Positions 1-8,392 of a stretch of DNA of 64,000 bases are shown here, in pieces (position 1 is the first letter of the stretch; each line of letters opens with the position of its first letter). The notes under the pieces were generated by a model, which saw only the letters and a list, made by a program, of their open reading frames with translations, was not told the DNA's origin and did no database searches. The translations under genes were made by a program, and so were the position numbers. The stretch is from Rhodocyclaceae bacterium (GTDB lineage: Bacteria; Pseudomonadota; Gammaproteobacteria; Burkholderiales; CAIKXV01): NCBI GenBank assembly GCA_020248265.1, contig JADCHX010000004.1, positions 28,183 to 92,182 on the forward strand, written 5' to 3'.

Positions 1-996
1 CGTCCCTTCCGTCGCGGCTTGCTGCACGCATCGGCTGCCGGCCTCGTTGCCGCCGCCACCGGGACGCTCCTGCTCGCGGCGGACTCCGCACACGCACAGC
101 CTGCGCAGGCGTGGCCGGTGAAGCCGGTCACGGTGATCATTCCGTTCGCGCCGGGCGGCACCACCGACATCCAGGCGCGGATCGTCTCCGAAGGGCTGTC
201 GCGCAGGCTCGGCCAGCCGTTCCTGCCGCGCAACATGCCCGGCGCGACCGGCGCCATCGCCACTGAATACGTCGCGCGCGCCGCGCCGGACGGCTACACG
301 CTGCTGTTCGCCTCGTCGGCGCAGACGACAAGCGTGCCGATGACCGAGAAGGTCAACTACAAGCTGGAAGACCTCGCCCCGGTCAGCGTGTTCGGCCGCG
401 GTGCGCTGGTGCTCGCCATCCACGCCGGCGTGCCGGCGAAGACGTTGCGCGAGTTCATCGAGTACGTGAAGGCGAACCAGGGCAAGCTCAACTTCGCATC
501 CCCGGGCGAGAGCTCGGTCGGGCACCTGGCCGGTGCGCTGTTCCTCGCGCGTGCGGGCCTGAACATGGTGCACATTCCCTACAAGGGCGGCGGCCCGGCG
601 ATCGCGGACCTCATCGGCGGACAGGTTCCGATGCTGTTCGGCAATTCCGGCGAGGTGATGAGCCACGCGAAGAACGAGCGCATCCGCGTCATCGGGGTGT
701 CGACGCCGCAGCGGTTGAAGCAGTTGCCTGGCATCCCGTCGGTGGGCGAGGTGCTTCCCGGCTTCGAGATCACTGCATGGCAGGGCATGCTCGCGCCAGC
801 GAAGACGCCGCGTGCGGTCATCGAGACGGTATCGGCAGCGATACAGTCGCTGGTGCGCGAACCCGCGATCGCCGAGCGGCTTGAACAGCTCGGCGTCGAA
901 CCCATCGGCTCCACCGCGGAACAGATGGCCGCGATCATCAAGGCCGAGCAGCCGGTCTACGCCGAAGCGGTCAAGGCGGCTGGGCTGGGCCGATGA
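1..996 (+). CDS. Bug/TctC-family periplasmic substrate-binding protein (tripartite tricarboxylate transporter receptor); 5' end probably just outside the window
   Basis: ORF 19..996. The frame stays open back to base 1 and reads RPFRRGLLHASAAGLVAAA, a Tat-like signal that continues upstream. Family hallmarks PVTVIIPFAPGGTTD and HIPYKGGGPAIADLIGGQVPM. Confidence 0.85.
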   Translation, partial: RPFRRGLLHASAAGLVAAATGTLLLAADSAHAQPAQAWPVKPVTVIIPFAPGGTTDIQARIVSEGLSRRLGQPFLPRNMPGATGAIATEYVARAAPDGYTLLFASSAQTTSVPMTEKVNYKLEDLAPVSVFGRGALVLAIHAGVPAKTLREFIEYVKANQGKLNFASPGESSVGHLAGALFLARAGLNMVHIPYKGGGPAIADLIGGQVPMLFGNSGEVMSHAKNERIRVIGVSTPQRLKQLPGIPSVGEVLPGFEITAWQGMLAPAKTPRAVIETVSAAIQSLVREPAIAERLEQLGVEPIGSTAEQMAAIIKAEQPVYAEAVKAAGLGR

Positions 997-1973
997 GCGC
1001 AGCGAGACGCGCTGCCACGACGACTGCGGCGGTCGCCATCCTCGCCGCCATCGGCGGGTCACCCGCCGCGCATGCTGGCTGGCCCGACAAGCCGATCCGC
1101 ATCGTGGTGCCTTTCGCCCCCGGCGGCAGCACCGACAGCGTCGCACGCCTTTCGGCCGAGTGGCTTGCCCGGGCGCTCGGGCAGCCGGTCACCGTCGAGA
1201 ACCGCACCGGGGCGAGCGGAACGATCGCCGCCGAGTTCGTCGCTCAGGCCCCGCCCGACGGCCATACCCTGTTCATGGCCTCGCTCGCGCAGATGTCGAT
1301 CGTGCCGCACATGGGCAAGGTCCGTTACGACCCGTTCAAGAGCTTCGTGCCGATTTCGGTGATCTCGACCAGCTTCTTCGCGCTCGCCGTGCATCCGAGC
1401 CTGCCGGCGAAGAACGTGCAGCAATTGGTCGCGCTCGCGAAGGCAAGGCCGGGCCAGCTCGTCTACGGCTCGTCGGGCAACGGGTCGGCCGCACATCTGA
1501 CGATGGCGCTGTTCCTGCAGCGCGCGGGACTGAAGATGGTGCACGTGCCCTACAAGGGCGTCGCTCCGGCGATCGCCGACCTGATGGGCGGTCACGTGCC
1601 CATGGTTTTCGGCAGCGTGTCCGAGGTACTGCGCTACTACAAGGGCGGCAAGCTGCGCGTGCTCGGCGTGTCGAGCGAGAAGAGGCTCGACCAGATGCCC
1701 GAGGTGCCCACCGTGGCCGAGCAGGGTTTCCCGGGCTATTTCGTATCGACATGGAACGGGCTCGTCGCCCCGGCAGGCACGCCCAAGGAGGTGCTGTCCG
1801 TCCTCTACAACGCCATTCGCCCGGCGTGCAGGGACGCGGGCTTCAACGCGAAGTTCGATGCGATGGATGCGAATGCGTGGTGCAGCACGCCGCAGGAGTT
1901 CGCCGACATGTTGAGGTCCGAGTGGACGAAGTGGGGCGATGCGGTGAAGTTCGCCGGCGCCACGCTCGAGTAG
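993..1973 (+). CDS. Bug/TctC-family substrate-binding protein
   Basis: The ATG overlaps the upstream stop (ATGA). Signal-like N-terminus, then PIRIVVPFAPGGSTD and HVPYKGVAPAIADLMGGHVPM. Confidence 0.9.
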   Translation: MSAARRAATTTAAVAILAAIGGSPAAHAGWPDKPIRIVVPFAPGGSTDSVARLSAEWLARALGQPVTVENRTGASGTIAAEFVAQAPPDGHTLFMASLAQMSIVPHMGKVRYDPFKSFVPISVISTSFFALAVHPSLPAKNVQQLVALAKARPGQLVYGSSGNGSAAHLTMALFLQRAGLKMVHVPYKGVAPAIADLMGGHVPMVFGSVSEVLRYYKGGKLRVLGVSSEKRLDQMPEVPTVAEQGFPGYFVSTWNGLVAPAGTPKEVLSVLYNAIRPACRDAGFNAKFDAMDANAWCSTPQEFADMLRSEWTKWGDAVKFAGATLE

Positions 1974-1974
1974 G

Positions 1975-2365
1975 CGCACGTAGTCCGAATCCGGGGTGCC
2001 CGGATTCGAGGCGACCAGCGTCAGTCCGTGGGTGAGAGCGGTCGCGGTGAGCAGGCTGTCGATTGCCGGCAGCGGCCGTCCTGCGCGAGCGGCCAACTGG
2101 CCCCAGCGGTCGACAACGCGCGCGTCGATCGGGAGCACCCGCCCCGCGAAGAACTGCGGCAGGTCCGCCTGCAGCCAGTCCGGCAGGGTGTGCTTGCGCG
2201 GGTCATCCGCCAGCCCGTCGATACCCTTTCGCAGTGCTCCAATCGTCGACACCGAGAGGTAAAGGGTCAGGGTCCGGCGACCTTCGAACCATGCAGGCAC
2301 GCCGGGATCGGGCGAACGGCGCCGCAGTTCCGACAGCGCGTTCGTGGCGATCAGGTAGCTCAGAG
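1975..2365 (-). pseudogene. Degenerate PIN-domain VapC/FitB-like toxin remnant
   Basis: The first ~130 codons of ORF 1059..2453(-) read SYLIATNALSELRR..LSVSTIGALRKG..AIDSLLTATALTHGLTLVASN, a VapC-like layout. The start position is CTG, not ATG. The first catalytic Asp is Ala (LIATN for LLDTN). The GEL Glu is Ala (GAL). There is no stop codon, so the frame runs on antisense to the Bug gene. Confidence 0.5.
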
Positions 2366-2479
2366 CGGCACCTCGCGGCCAGGGCTGCGGTCGCGCGGGA
2401 ACTCGATGTCTTCGGTCTCGGCCAGGGGCGCCTTCGCCGCCTGCATTTGCCACGTACCCACGGGTTTGCCCATTCTGAC
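2360..2479 (-). pseudogene. C-terminal remnant of a Phd/VapB-type antitoxin
   Basis: The tail of ORF 2360..2557(-) reads GKPVGTWQMQAAKAPLAETEDIEFPRDRSPGREVPL, which is typical of antitoxin C-termini. Its TGA overlaps the first codon position of the PIN remnant (CTGA where ATGA is expected). No recognisable N-terminal DNA-binding half. Confidence 0.35.
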
Positions 2480-2584
2480 CTGAAAGGTCAGGTTATGGGC
2501 TGAGGGTCTCGCGCCGCCAACGCCCGTACGCACCGGTTCGGGCCGGAAACCCGGCATGCCTGGGAACCGATCAGGCTCGCTACC

Positions 2585-3475
2585 TCAGCCCGGATACACC
2601 TGCGTCCCATGTCGCCCCTCGGCACGAATCCGCCAGTAGGCTTCCTGCAGCCTGCGCGTGATCGGCCCCGGCACCGCCTGGCGCACCGGACGCCCTGAGA
2701 CCTCTCGTACCGCCAGCGCCGCGCCGGAGGTGCTGCAGGTGAACACCTCGTCGGCGACGAACAGGTCGAAGGCGGTGAGCGGGCGCACCTCGACCGGGAT
2801 GTCGAGCTCACGTGCCAGTTCGCAGAAGGTCATGCGCGTGATGCCATGGAGCACGCCGGCGGCCGGAGTGTAGAGCACGCCGTCGCGCGCGGCGAACAGG
2901 TTCGAGCGGGGCGCCTCCTGCACATGGCCCTCGTGCGACAGCCAGACGAGATCGTCATAGCCTGCCTCGGCCGCCTCGATCCGCGCGAGGTTGTACTGCA
3001 GCCGCGAGATGTGCTTGTAGCGCGGATCGAGCGTGTCGGCCGGCATCCCGCGCTGGTGCGCGATCATCAAGCGGATGCCTTGCTCGCGCTGCTCATCGGT
3101 GCCGAGGAACATGTAGGGCGAGGCGGCGATGAACACGTTGGGCTGACAGAGGCGCAGGTCGTTCGTGCCCGGCGGTTGCGCGCCACGACTGACGATGATC
3201 TTCGTTCCCGCATCGCGCAGTCCGCTGCGCCGCGTGACCTCAAGCACGGCCTCGCGCCACTGCGCGCGGCTCATGCCGGGATCCAGCCAGGCGGCGTGCA
3301 TCGATGCGTCGAGCCGGTCGAGGTAGTCGTCGAGCCGGAACATTGTCCCCTGCCAGGTGGAGATCACCTCGTACACGCCGTCGCCGAACTGGAAGCCCCA
3401 GTCGAAGAAGGAGACCTGCGGCTGGTCGGCCGGCAGGTAGCGGCCGTTTACATACACCTCGGGCGCGTTCGCCAT
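2585..3475 (-). CDS. Class IV (fold-type IV PLP) aminotransferase, branched-chain/D-amino-acid aminotransferase family
   Basis: 296-aa ORF. Contains FQFGDGVYEV, EAPRSNLF and LHGITR, and the length is typical of the IlvE/Dat family. Confidence 0.85.
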   Translation of the reverse strand: MANAPEVYVNGRYLPADQPQVSFFDWGFQFGDGVYEVISTWQGTMFRLDDYLDRLDASMHAAWLDPGMSRAQWREAVLEVTRRSGLRDAGTKIIVSRGAQPPGTNDLRLCQPNVFIAASPYMFLGTDEQREQGIRLMIAHQRGMPADTLDPRYKHISRLQYNLARIEAAEAGYDDLVWLSHEGHVQEAPRSNLFAARDGVLYTPAAGVLHGITRMTFCELARELDIPVEVRPLTAFDLFVADEVFTCSTSGAALAVREVSGRPVRQAVPGPITRRLQEAYWRIRAEGRHGTQVYPG

Positions 3476-3599
3476 GCGGGGCCTCGGCTGGGTTTCGGGC
3501 TGGCCCGGGGACGGGCGCGTGCGGGCGGGCCCAGTATAGGGGACCGGTCAGGGGCGCGCCGCCGCTCCGGTATCCGGTTTGCTGGTGCGCGACCCCGCT

Positions 3600-4547
3600 T
3601 CACGCCAGGGGCTGGCGCACCATCTGCAGCACCTTGCTCGCGTCCAGCGTGCGCGCCTGATGCTGGATCTGCGGTAGCGCCTTTGTCTTCATCTGCTTCG
3701 CGCTCACCAGCAGATCCTGATACGTCTGCTTGAGCAGCGCCGTGCTCATCTGCCGGCCACCGCCGTAGTAGCGCACGGCCAGTTGCCCAAGGGCGTAGGT
3801 GGTCGCGAAGCTCATCGCCATGCCGGTGCCTGCGCTGCCCACGCCGCGGCCGAGCCCACCCATCACCTTGCCGAGCAGGCCGCCCACCAGCTTCCGGCCG
3901 ATCTGTTCCAGGTACTGTCCGGTCAGGCCGACACCGGCCGTGGCGATGAACTCCTTCACCATGCCGGCGTCGATGGACGTGACGCCGTGGGCCTGCGCGA
4001 CGCTGTGTACCAGCTTCACCTGCAGCGGGATGATCGCCATGCTGGCCCAGCTTTGCGGCAGCAGTTCCAGCGCACCGCAGAGCACGGCCCGGTTGAAGAT
4101 GCGCTGGTCGAGCGCCGCGCGATCGATGGGGCTGGCAGGCGCTGCATCCGCGCTGACCGCGACCAGCGCATCGGTCTCGCGTGCCAGGCCGTCGGCCTGG
4201 GTGACGAACGCCGTGTCGACGTTGCCACCCAGCGCTGCCTTGAGGCCGACAAGGAAGTGGCGCTCGGCCGGCGACTGCAAGCCGTCGGCATCGCAGACGC
4301 ACACCGCCAGTTCGTAGGCCAGCTGGCGATGCTCCGGGGCCTTCAGCGCAGCCAAGGCGTCGGGCACGCCCAGGCGCTTGAGCAGCACGTCCTGCATCAG
4401 CGCCGAAACGTCGAGCCCGGCGGCCTGGCCACTGAGATTGCGCACGATCCGCTTCACTTCATCACGCTCGGCGTCGGACTTGTCGCCGTCGGAGAATGCA
4501 GCCAGCAGTGCAATGGCGAGCAGCGCGCGTTGTTCTTCAGCGGTCAT
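3600..4547 (-). CDS. TerB-like (tellurite-resistance TerB fold) domain protein with a Gly-rich membrane-associated-looking C-terminal half
   Basis: Two TerB-like repeats: LLAIALLAAFSDGDKSDAERDEVKRI and AYELAVCVCDADGLQSPAERHFLVGL. Start chosen at ATG 4547, preceded by AGGAG. The ORF track start is 4592. Confidence 0.7.
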   Translation of the reverse strand: MTAEEQRALLAIALLAAFSDGDKSDAERDEVKRIVRNLSGQAAGLDVSALMQDVLLKRLGVPDALAALKAPEHRQLAYELAVCVCDADGLQSPAERHFLVGLKAALGGNVDTAFVTQADGLARETDALVAVSADAAPASPIDRAALDQRIFNRAVLCGALELLPQSWASMAIIPLQVKLVHSVAQAHGVTSIDAGMVKEFIATAGVGLTGQYLEQIGRKLVGGLLGKVMGGLGRGVGSAGTGMAMSFATTYALGQLAVRYYGGGRQMSTALLKQTYQDLLVSAKQMKTKALPQIQHQARTLDASKVLQMVRQPLA

Positions 4548-4612
4548 TTTGTCTCCTGCGGGGTGGTGGCGCCTGGAAATCAGGGGCATCAATCACCGCG
4601 TGCAGCGGATAG

Positions 4613-5311
4613 TCACGCACTGCCAGGCGAATCCTTGCGAACGCGCGGCACGGTCACGCCCACCAGCGTGTCCCGGGTCAACATCTCGGCGAGCTTTTCC
4701 TCGCTCCAGCCTTCGGTGCCGGCCGGACGCATGGGCACCACGATGTAGCGCATGTCGGCGTTCGAATCGTGCACGCGCATCGTCACGTCGTCGGGCAGTT
4801 CAGTGCCGAATTCCTTCAGGACTGCGCGTGGTTCGTAGACGACCCGTGCGCGGTAGTTGTCGCTCTTGTACCAGGTCGGCGGCATGCCGAGCAGGGTTCG
4901 CGGATAGCACGAACACAGCGTGCACACGATGACATTGTGCACCTCGGGGGTGTTCTCGACCGCGATCAGGCGCTCGGCCTCCATGCCGATGCCCAGTTCC
5001 GAGATGGCAGCCTTGCCGTCGGCGAGCAGGCGCTGCTTGAATGCCGGATCGCTCCATGCGTGCGCCACCACCATCGCGCCGCGGTACGGAAACTCTTCGT
5101 CGAAGATCTCCATGCGCTCGCGCACTTCATCGGCGGTGATGATGCCTTTCGCCTCGAGCAGCTCCTGCATGGCGCGGCTCATGATCTCGTATTCCGAAGG
5201 AGGGCCGTCGTCGTGCTCTTCTATCGGATGGTGCGCATCGTGGTCATGGTCATGTCCATGGCCACGACCGGGGCGGCGGTTGGCGTAGTGGTCGAACGGA
5301 TGATCGTGCAT
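4613..5311 (-). CDS. Nitrile hydratase alpha-subunit-like / thiocyanate hydrolase gamma-like metalloprotein (Co-type centre) with a His-rich N-terminal extension
   Basis: Metal-binding motif VCTLCSCYP followed by LGMPPTWYKSDNYRARVV..RYIVVPMRPAGTEGW. The internal ATG at 5311 has a GGGGAG RBS. The N-terminus reads MHDHPFDHYANRRPGRGHGHDHDHDAHHP. Confidence 0.85.
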   Translation of the reverse strand: MHDHPFDHYANRRPGRGHGHDHDHDAHHPIEEHDDGPPSEYEIMSRAMQELLEAKGIITADEVRERMEIFDEEFPYRGAMVVAHAWSDPAFKQRLLADGKAAISELGIGMEAERLIAVENTPEVHNVIVCTLCSCYPRTLLGMPPTWYKSDNYRARVVYEPRAVLKEFGTELPDDVTMRVHDSNADMRYIVVPMRPAGTEGWSEEKLAEMLTRDTLVGVTVPRVRKDSPGSA

Positions 5312-5348
5312 GTCGTGACTCCCCGGGCGGGTAGGGTTGCGGACCGCT

Positions 5349-5702
5349 TCAGGCCGGCTCGAGCCAGTGCTCGAAGATTTCCATCTCGATGAGATCGTGC
5401 GTCGGCCCCTGGTAGTCGGGCCAGACAGCGTTCTGCATGAAGCGCACACGGTAGAGGACCTTCTTCGGCTCGCCCGCGAACCCGTAGGCGAGTTCTTCCG
5501 GGTTGGGGAAGGCACCGCAGATGCGCTCGATCACGCCGGTCTTGCCCTTGATGTAATCGGGCGTGCGGCGATGGCCTGGCGGATAGCTGCGCCGGATCCG
5601 TACCCGGTCGCCCACGTTGTAGAGATGCCCGGGCGCGGGCGTGTAGGCCGACAGGGCGTCGACCGGCGCACCGGAGGCGGAGGGCGCGGATGCCGCGCTC
5701 AT
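5349..5702 (-). CDS. Nitrile hydratase beta-subunit C-terminal (SH3-like) half, encoded as a separate polypeptide
   Basis: YNVGDRVRIRRSYPPGHRRTPDYIKGKTGVIERICG..VLYRVRF..IEMEIFEHWLEP matches the C-terminal half of NHase beta. Confidence 0.8.
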   Translation of the reverse strand: MSAASAPSASGAPVDALSAYTPAPGHLYNVGDRVRIRRSYPPGHRRTPDYIKGKTGVIERICGAFPNPEELAYGFAGEPKKVLYRVRFMQNAVWPDYQGPTHDLIEMEIFEHWLEPA

Positions 5703-6058
5703 TGACCACCCGGCTGCGCAGGTGGGGACTGCGTAGCGCGCGGTACGTCGAAGCGCGCCCGTACTTCAGCCATCTTCGCAGCGAGCTCGTCCTCGGTGAT
5801 GAGGCCCTTCTCGATGAGGATGGTGCGCAGCGCGCTGGTCGTGCGCTCGAAGTAGGCCAGCCCGGCGTAGCGCTCGCCGAGCTCTTCCGCCGCGCGGCGC
5901 AGCTCGTCGGTGCGCGTGATGCCCTTGCGGCTCAGCGTCGAACGCATCGCGTTCGCCTGCTTCTCCCAGAACTTCATGCCGTGGTCTGCGGTGTCCACCG
6001 GGCCGGCCCGGTCGCCGCCGATGTCGGCCGCCAGGCGCTTGTGGTCTGTATCGCTCAT
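5699..6058 (-). CDS. Nitrile hydratase beta-subunit N-terminal half, encoded as a separate polypeptide
   Basis: The internal ATG at 6058 has a GAAGGGA RBS. MKFWEKQANAMRSTL..YFERTTSALRTILIEKGLITEDEL resembles the helical half of NHase beta. Its stop overlaps the next gene's start (ATGA at 5699-5702). Confidence 0.7.
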   Translation of the reverse strand: MSDTDHKRLAADIGGDRAGPVDTADHGMKFWEKQANAMRSTLSRKGITRTDELRRAAEELGERYAGLAYFERTTSALRTILIEKGLITEDELAAKMAEVRARFDVPRATQSPPAQPGGQ

Positions 6059-6108
6059 GGTCGTCCCTTCACTAGGCTCGGGCAGAAAGCATAGTCCAAT
6101 AGCACCGC

Positions 6109-6133
6109 GGGCCGCGATCGTGGGCCGCGATCG
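6109..6133. repeat. Tandem direct repeat GGGCCGCGATCG-T-GGGCCGCGATCG in the divergent NHase-like / ECF sigma promoter region
   Basis: Read directly from the sequence. Two identical 12-mers with a 13-nt period, each containing the CGATCG palindrome. Confidence 0.6.
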
Positions 6134-6238
6134 CGCCTGATCAGCGGGATATTTGCAGCCAACCGGAACACCAATCACACATTCGAGCCGAAAACAGTGC
6201 ATTATGTCACGGTTGCTAAAAATTTCGTCCCCGGCCGA

Positions 6239-6856
6239 ATGACTATCCATTCTGATCTAGACGCTGACCGCACCCTCATCGAAGCCGTCATTGCCAGCGA
6301 TCCCGACAGCATCGATCGTTTCGTTCGCCAGTACGTCCGCTTCATCTACTGCAGCGCCTGCCGCGACGCCCGCCTCGGGCACCATGATGCCGTCGACGTG
6401 ACCCGGAGGGTCTTCGTGCGGCTGCGCGAGAATGACTGCTGGCGGCTGCGCCTGTGGCACGGTACGGCCTTCGAGCGATTCCTGCGCGAAATCGTGAACA
6501 ACGAAGCACTGTCGTTCGCGCGTGGCCGACCCCGTCCGGTCCATGACCTTTTCCCTGCGAACGATGCCGAGCGCGAGGACGCCAGCGCTAGCATTCCCCC
6601 TTCCGACCGCGATCCCCAGGCCGACCCGCTGCTCGCCGAACTGCGGGACTTCATCGTTCAAAGTTACGACAAGCTGCCGCCCCGGCAGCAAAAGGCAATC
6701 GCTGGCCGATACCAGTATGCACTGGACCAGCGGTCGATCGCCGCCATCTTCGGTCTGTCGCAGGCCAGCGCGGCGCAGCGGGTATCGCGGGGTACACAGG
6801 CGCTGCGCGACTGCCTGTCGTCCCGGCTGGGCGAGCGTCCGTGGCTGCTGGCATGA
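6239..6856 (+). CDS. ECF-type RNA polymerase sigma-70 family factor
   Basis: Region-2-like DRTLIEAVIASDPDSIDRFVRQYVRFIY. Region-4 HTH LPPRQQKAIAGRYQYALDQRSIAAIFGLSQASAAQRVSRGTQALR. The start is uncertain: ATG 6239 or GTG 6197. Confidence 0.8.
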   Translation: MTIHSDLDADRTLIEAVIASDPDSIDRFVRQYVRFIYCSACRDARLGHHDAVDVTRRVFVRLRENDCWRLRLWHGTAFERFLREIVNNEALSFARGRPRPVHDLFPANDAEREDASASIPPSDRDPQADPLLAELRDFIVQSYDKLPPRQQKAIAGRYQYALDQRSIAAIFGLSQASAAQRVSRGTQALRDCLSSRLGERPWLLA

Positions 6857-6876
6857 GCGCGCGGCAGGGATAGCGT

Positions 6877-7386
6877 ATGCAGACGCGCGGCCACCTGGAT
6901 GCCGCCGAGCTGGACGCGCTGCTGTTCGACGACACGCAGGGCAGCGGCGTGACCGTTGAAAGTTTCCACGTCCAGGGATGTCGGGCATGCCGAGAGGCGC
7001 TGCTCGAACTCGCGCTGATGGTTGGCCTGTTCCGCGGTCTGCCGCTGCAGCCGGATCTGGACATCGTCCACGAACTCGACGCAGAAGAGCCCGAGGCGCC
7101 GCTTGCAGCAGCAGTCGATTACCAGCGTGTGACCGGATGCGTCAGCCCCCGGGATTCCCTTCCGCGCCATCCGGCCGACGATGCGCTGCATGCGCTGCTC
7201 GCCTGCGCGCTCGACGAGCGCTTGCGTACGCCGGCCGACTTCTTCGTCGATGTTCGCCACGTCTCCCGCTGCGACCAGTGCCTCGCGCGCACCCTGCGCC
7301 TGTCGGAACGCTTCGCCCCGCCGGCGCATCTGCTGTCCGCCATCCTGGAGGCGACAGGGAAGGGGCCGCCCCGTCCGGAGGAGTGA
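6877..7386 (+). CDS. Putative soluble zinc-binding anti-sigma factor carrying two HxxxCxxC (ZAS) motifs
   Basis: Lies immediately downstream of the ECF sigma gene. Motifs HVQGCRAC and HVSRCDQC. No obvious transmembrane segment. Confidence 0.6.
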   Translation: MQTRGHLDAAELDALLFDDTQGSGVTVESFHVQGCRACREALLELALMVGLFRGLPLQPDLDIVHELDAEEPEAPLAAAVDYQRVTGCVSPRDSLPRHPADDALHALLACALDERLRTPADFFVDVRHVSRCDQCLARTLRLSERFAPPAHLLSAILEATGKGPPRPEE

Positions 7387-7443
7387 CGTTCCGCCGCACC
7401 AGCCAGTTGTCGTATCTTCCCCATCGACACTGGAGGAGCTGCC

Positions 7444-8343
7444 ATGCAGGAAGACCTGTTCTACTACAGCGATTGCCTGAAGATCTCGGCCCGGATCTAC
7501 GTGCCCGATGGCCTCGCGCCGGGCGAGCGGCGCCCCGCCGTGATCTGCGTCCACGGCAACTCGGGCCGCCGGGATGTCTACATGCCGGCCTTCGCCCGCT
7601 ACCTGATCGCGCACGGCTACGTGGCGCTGATCTTCTATCACCGTGGCTTCGGCGACAGCGAAGGCGTACGCACCCGGAACATCCCGATGGAACAGGTGAG
7701 CGACATCGTCAACGCGGTCACCTTCATGCAGCAGCGGCCGGAGGTCGATCCGGCGCGGGTCGGCCTGTTCGGGGTCAGCTTCGGCGGCGCGACGGTGACC
7801 TATGCAGCGGCCATCGACGAGCGGGTGCGCTGCGTGGTGGAGGTCGCGGGCCCGGCAAACGGTGAGCGCTGGACGCGCAGCAAGCGCCCGACCTGGGAGA
7901 TGCTCAGGCTGATGGACGAGCTGAAGGAGGACCGCATCCGCCGGGTCATGACCGGGCAGTCGAAGCGGCTCCCCTACCAGGTACTGTTCCCGCAGGGCCC
8001 GGGAATCACCCAGCGCCAGGCCGATGCCTATGCCGAAGGGCAGCGCTACGAGGGCCAGTACCCGGAAGGCTATCCGCTGGAGAGCGTGGACGCCGCGATG
8101 ACCTTCCGTCCCGAGGATGTGGTGCACCGGATCTCGCCGCGTGCCGCACTGTTCATCCACACCGAGCGCGACACGATGGTGCCGGTGGAGGAAGGGCGCA
8201 CGCTGCATGCGAAGGCGGGCGAGCCGAAGAAGCTGGTGATCATCCCGGGCATGGACCACAAGGAGGTCTACCAGGAGATCAACGCCGAGGTGTTCGAGGT
8301 CGTCATGAAAGAGACGGTCGACTGGTACCGGCAGTACCTTTGA
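7444..8343 (+). CDS. Alpha/beta-fold hydrolase (dienelactone-hydrolase-like)
   Basis: Nucleophile elbow GLFGVSFGGAT; VICVHGNSG; late GMDHKE histidine region. Confidence 0.8.
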   Translation: MQEDLFYYSDCLKISARIYVPDGLAPGERRPAVICVHGNSGRRDVYMPAFARYLIAHGYVALIFYHRGFGDSEGVRTRNIPMEQVSDIVNAVTFMQQRPEVDPARVGLFGVSFGGATVTYAAAIDERVRCVVEVAGPANGERWTRSKRPTWEMLRLMDELKEDRIRRVMTGQSKRLPYQVLFPQGPGITQRQADAYAEGQRYEGQYPEGYPLESVDAAMTFRPEDVVHRISPRAALFIHTERDTMVPVEEGRTLHAKAGEPKKLVIIPGMDHKEVYQEINAEVFEVVMKETVDWYRQYL

Positions 8344-8392
8344 GGGTGGCGCGCGGTGCCGTCCGAAGCACCGTCGCTCGGGGAGGAAGAAG

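Noticed and set aside
1059-2453. 464-aa ORF taken at face value as one gene
   Set aside because: Only the ~130 codons between about 1975 and 2365 look like a protein (PIN fold). The rest is antisense to the second Bug gene. The ORF is open only because the PIN stop codon is missing.
4613-6058. Calling the three-subunit enzyme thiocyanate hydrolase (scnBAC) outright
   Set aside because: The gene order and split beta fit SCNase. However, the same split occurs in other NHase-like enzymes (toyocamycin NHase). I cannot verify the substrate-pocket residues without an alignment, so I kept the call as NHase/SCNase-like.
6165-6190. ECF-type promoter (GGAAC -35) upstream of the sigma factor gene as a feature call
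   Set aside because: Only the -35-like pentamer is visible, with no convincing -10 (CGT/GTC-type) at 16-17 nt spacing. It is mentioned only within a finding.
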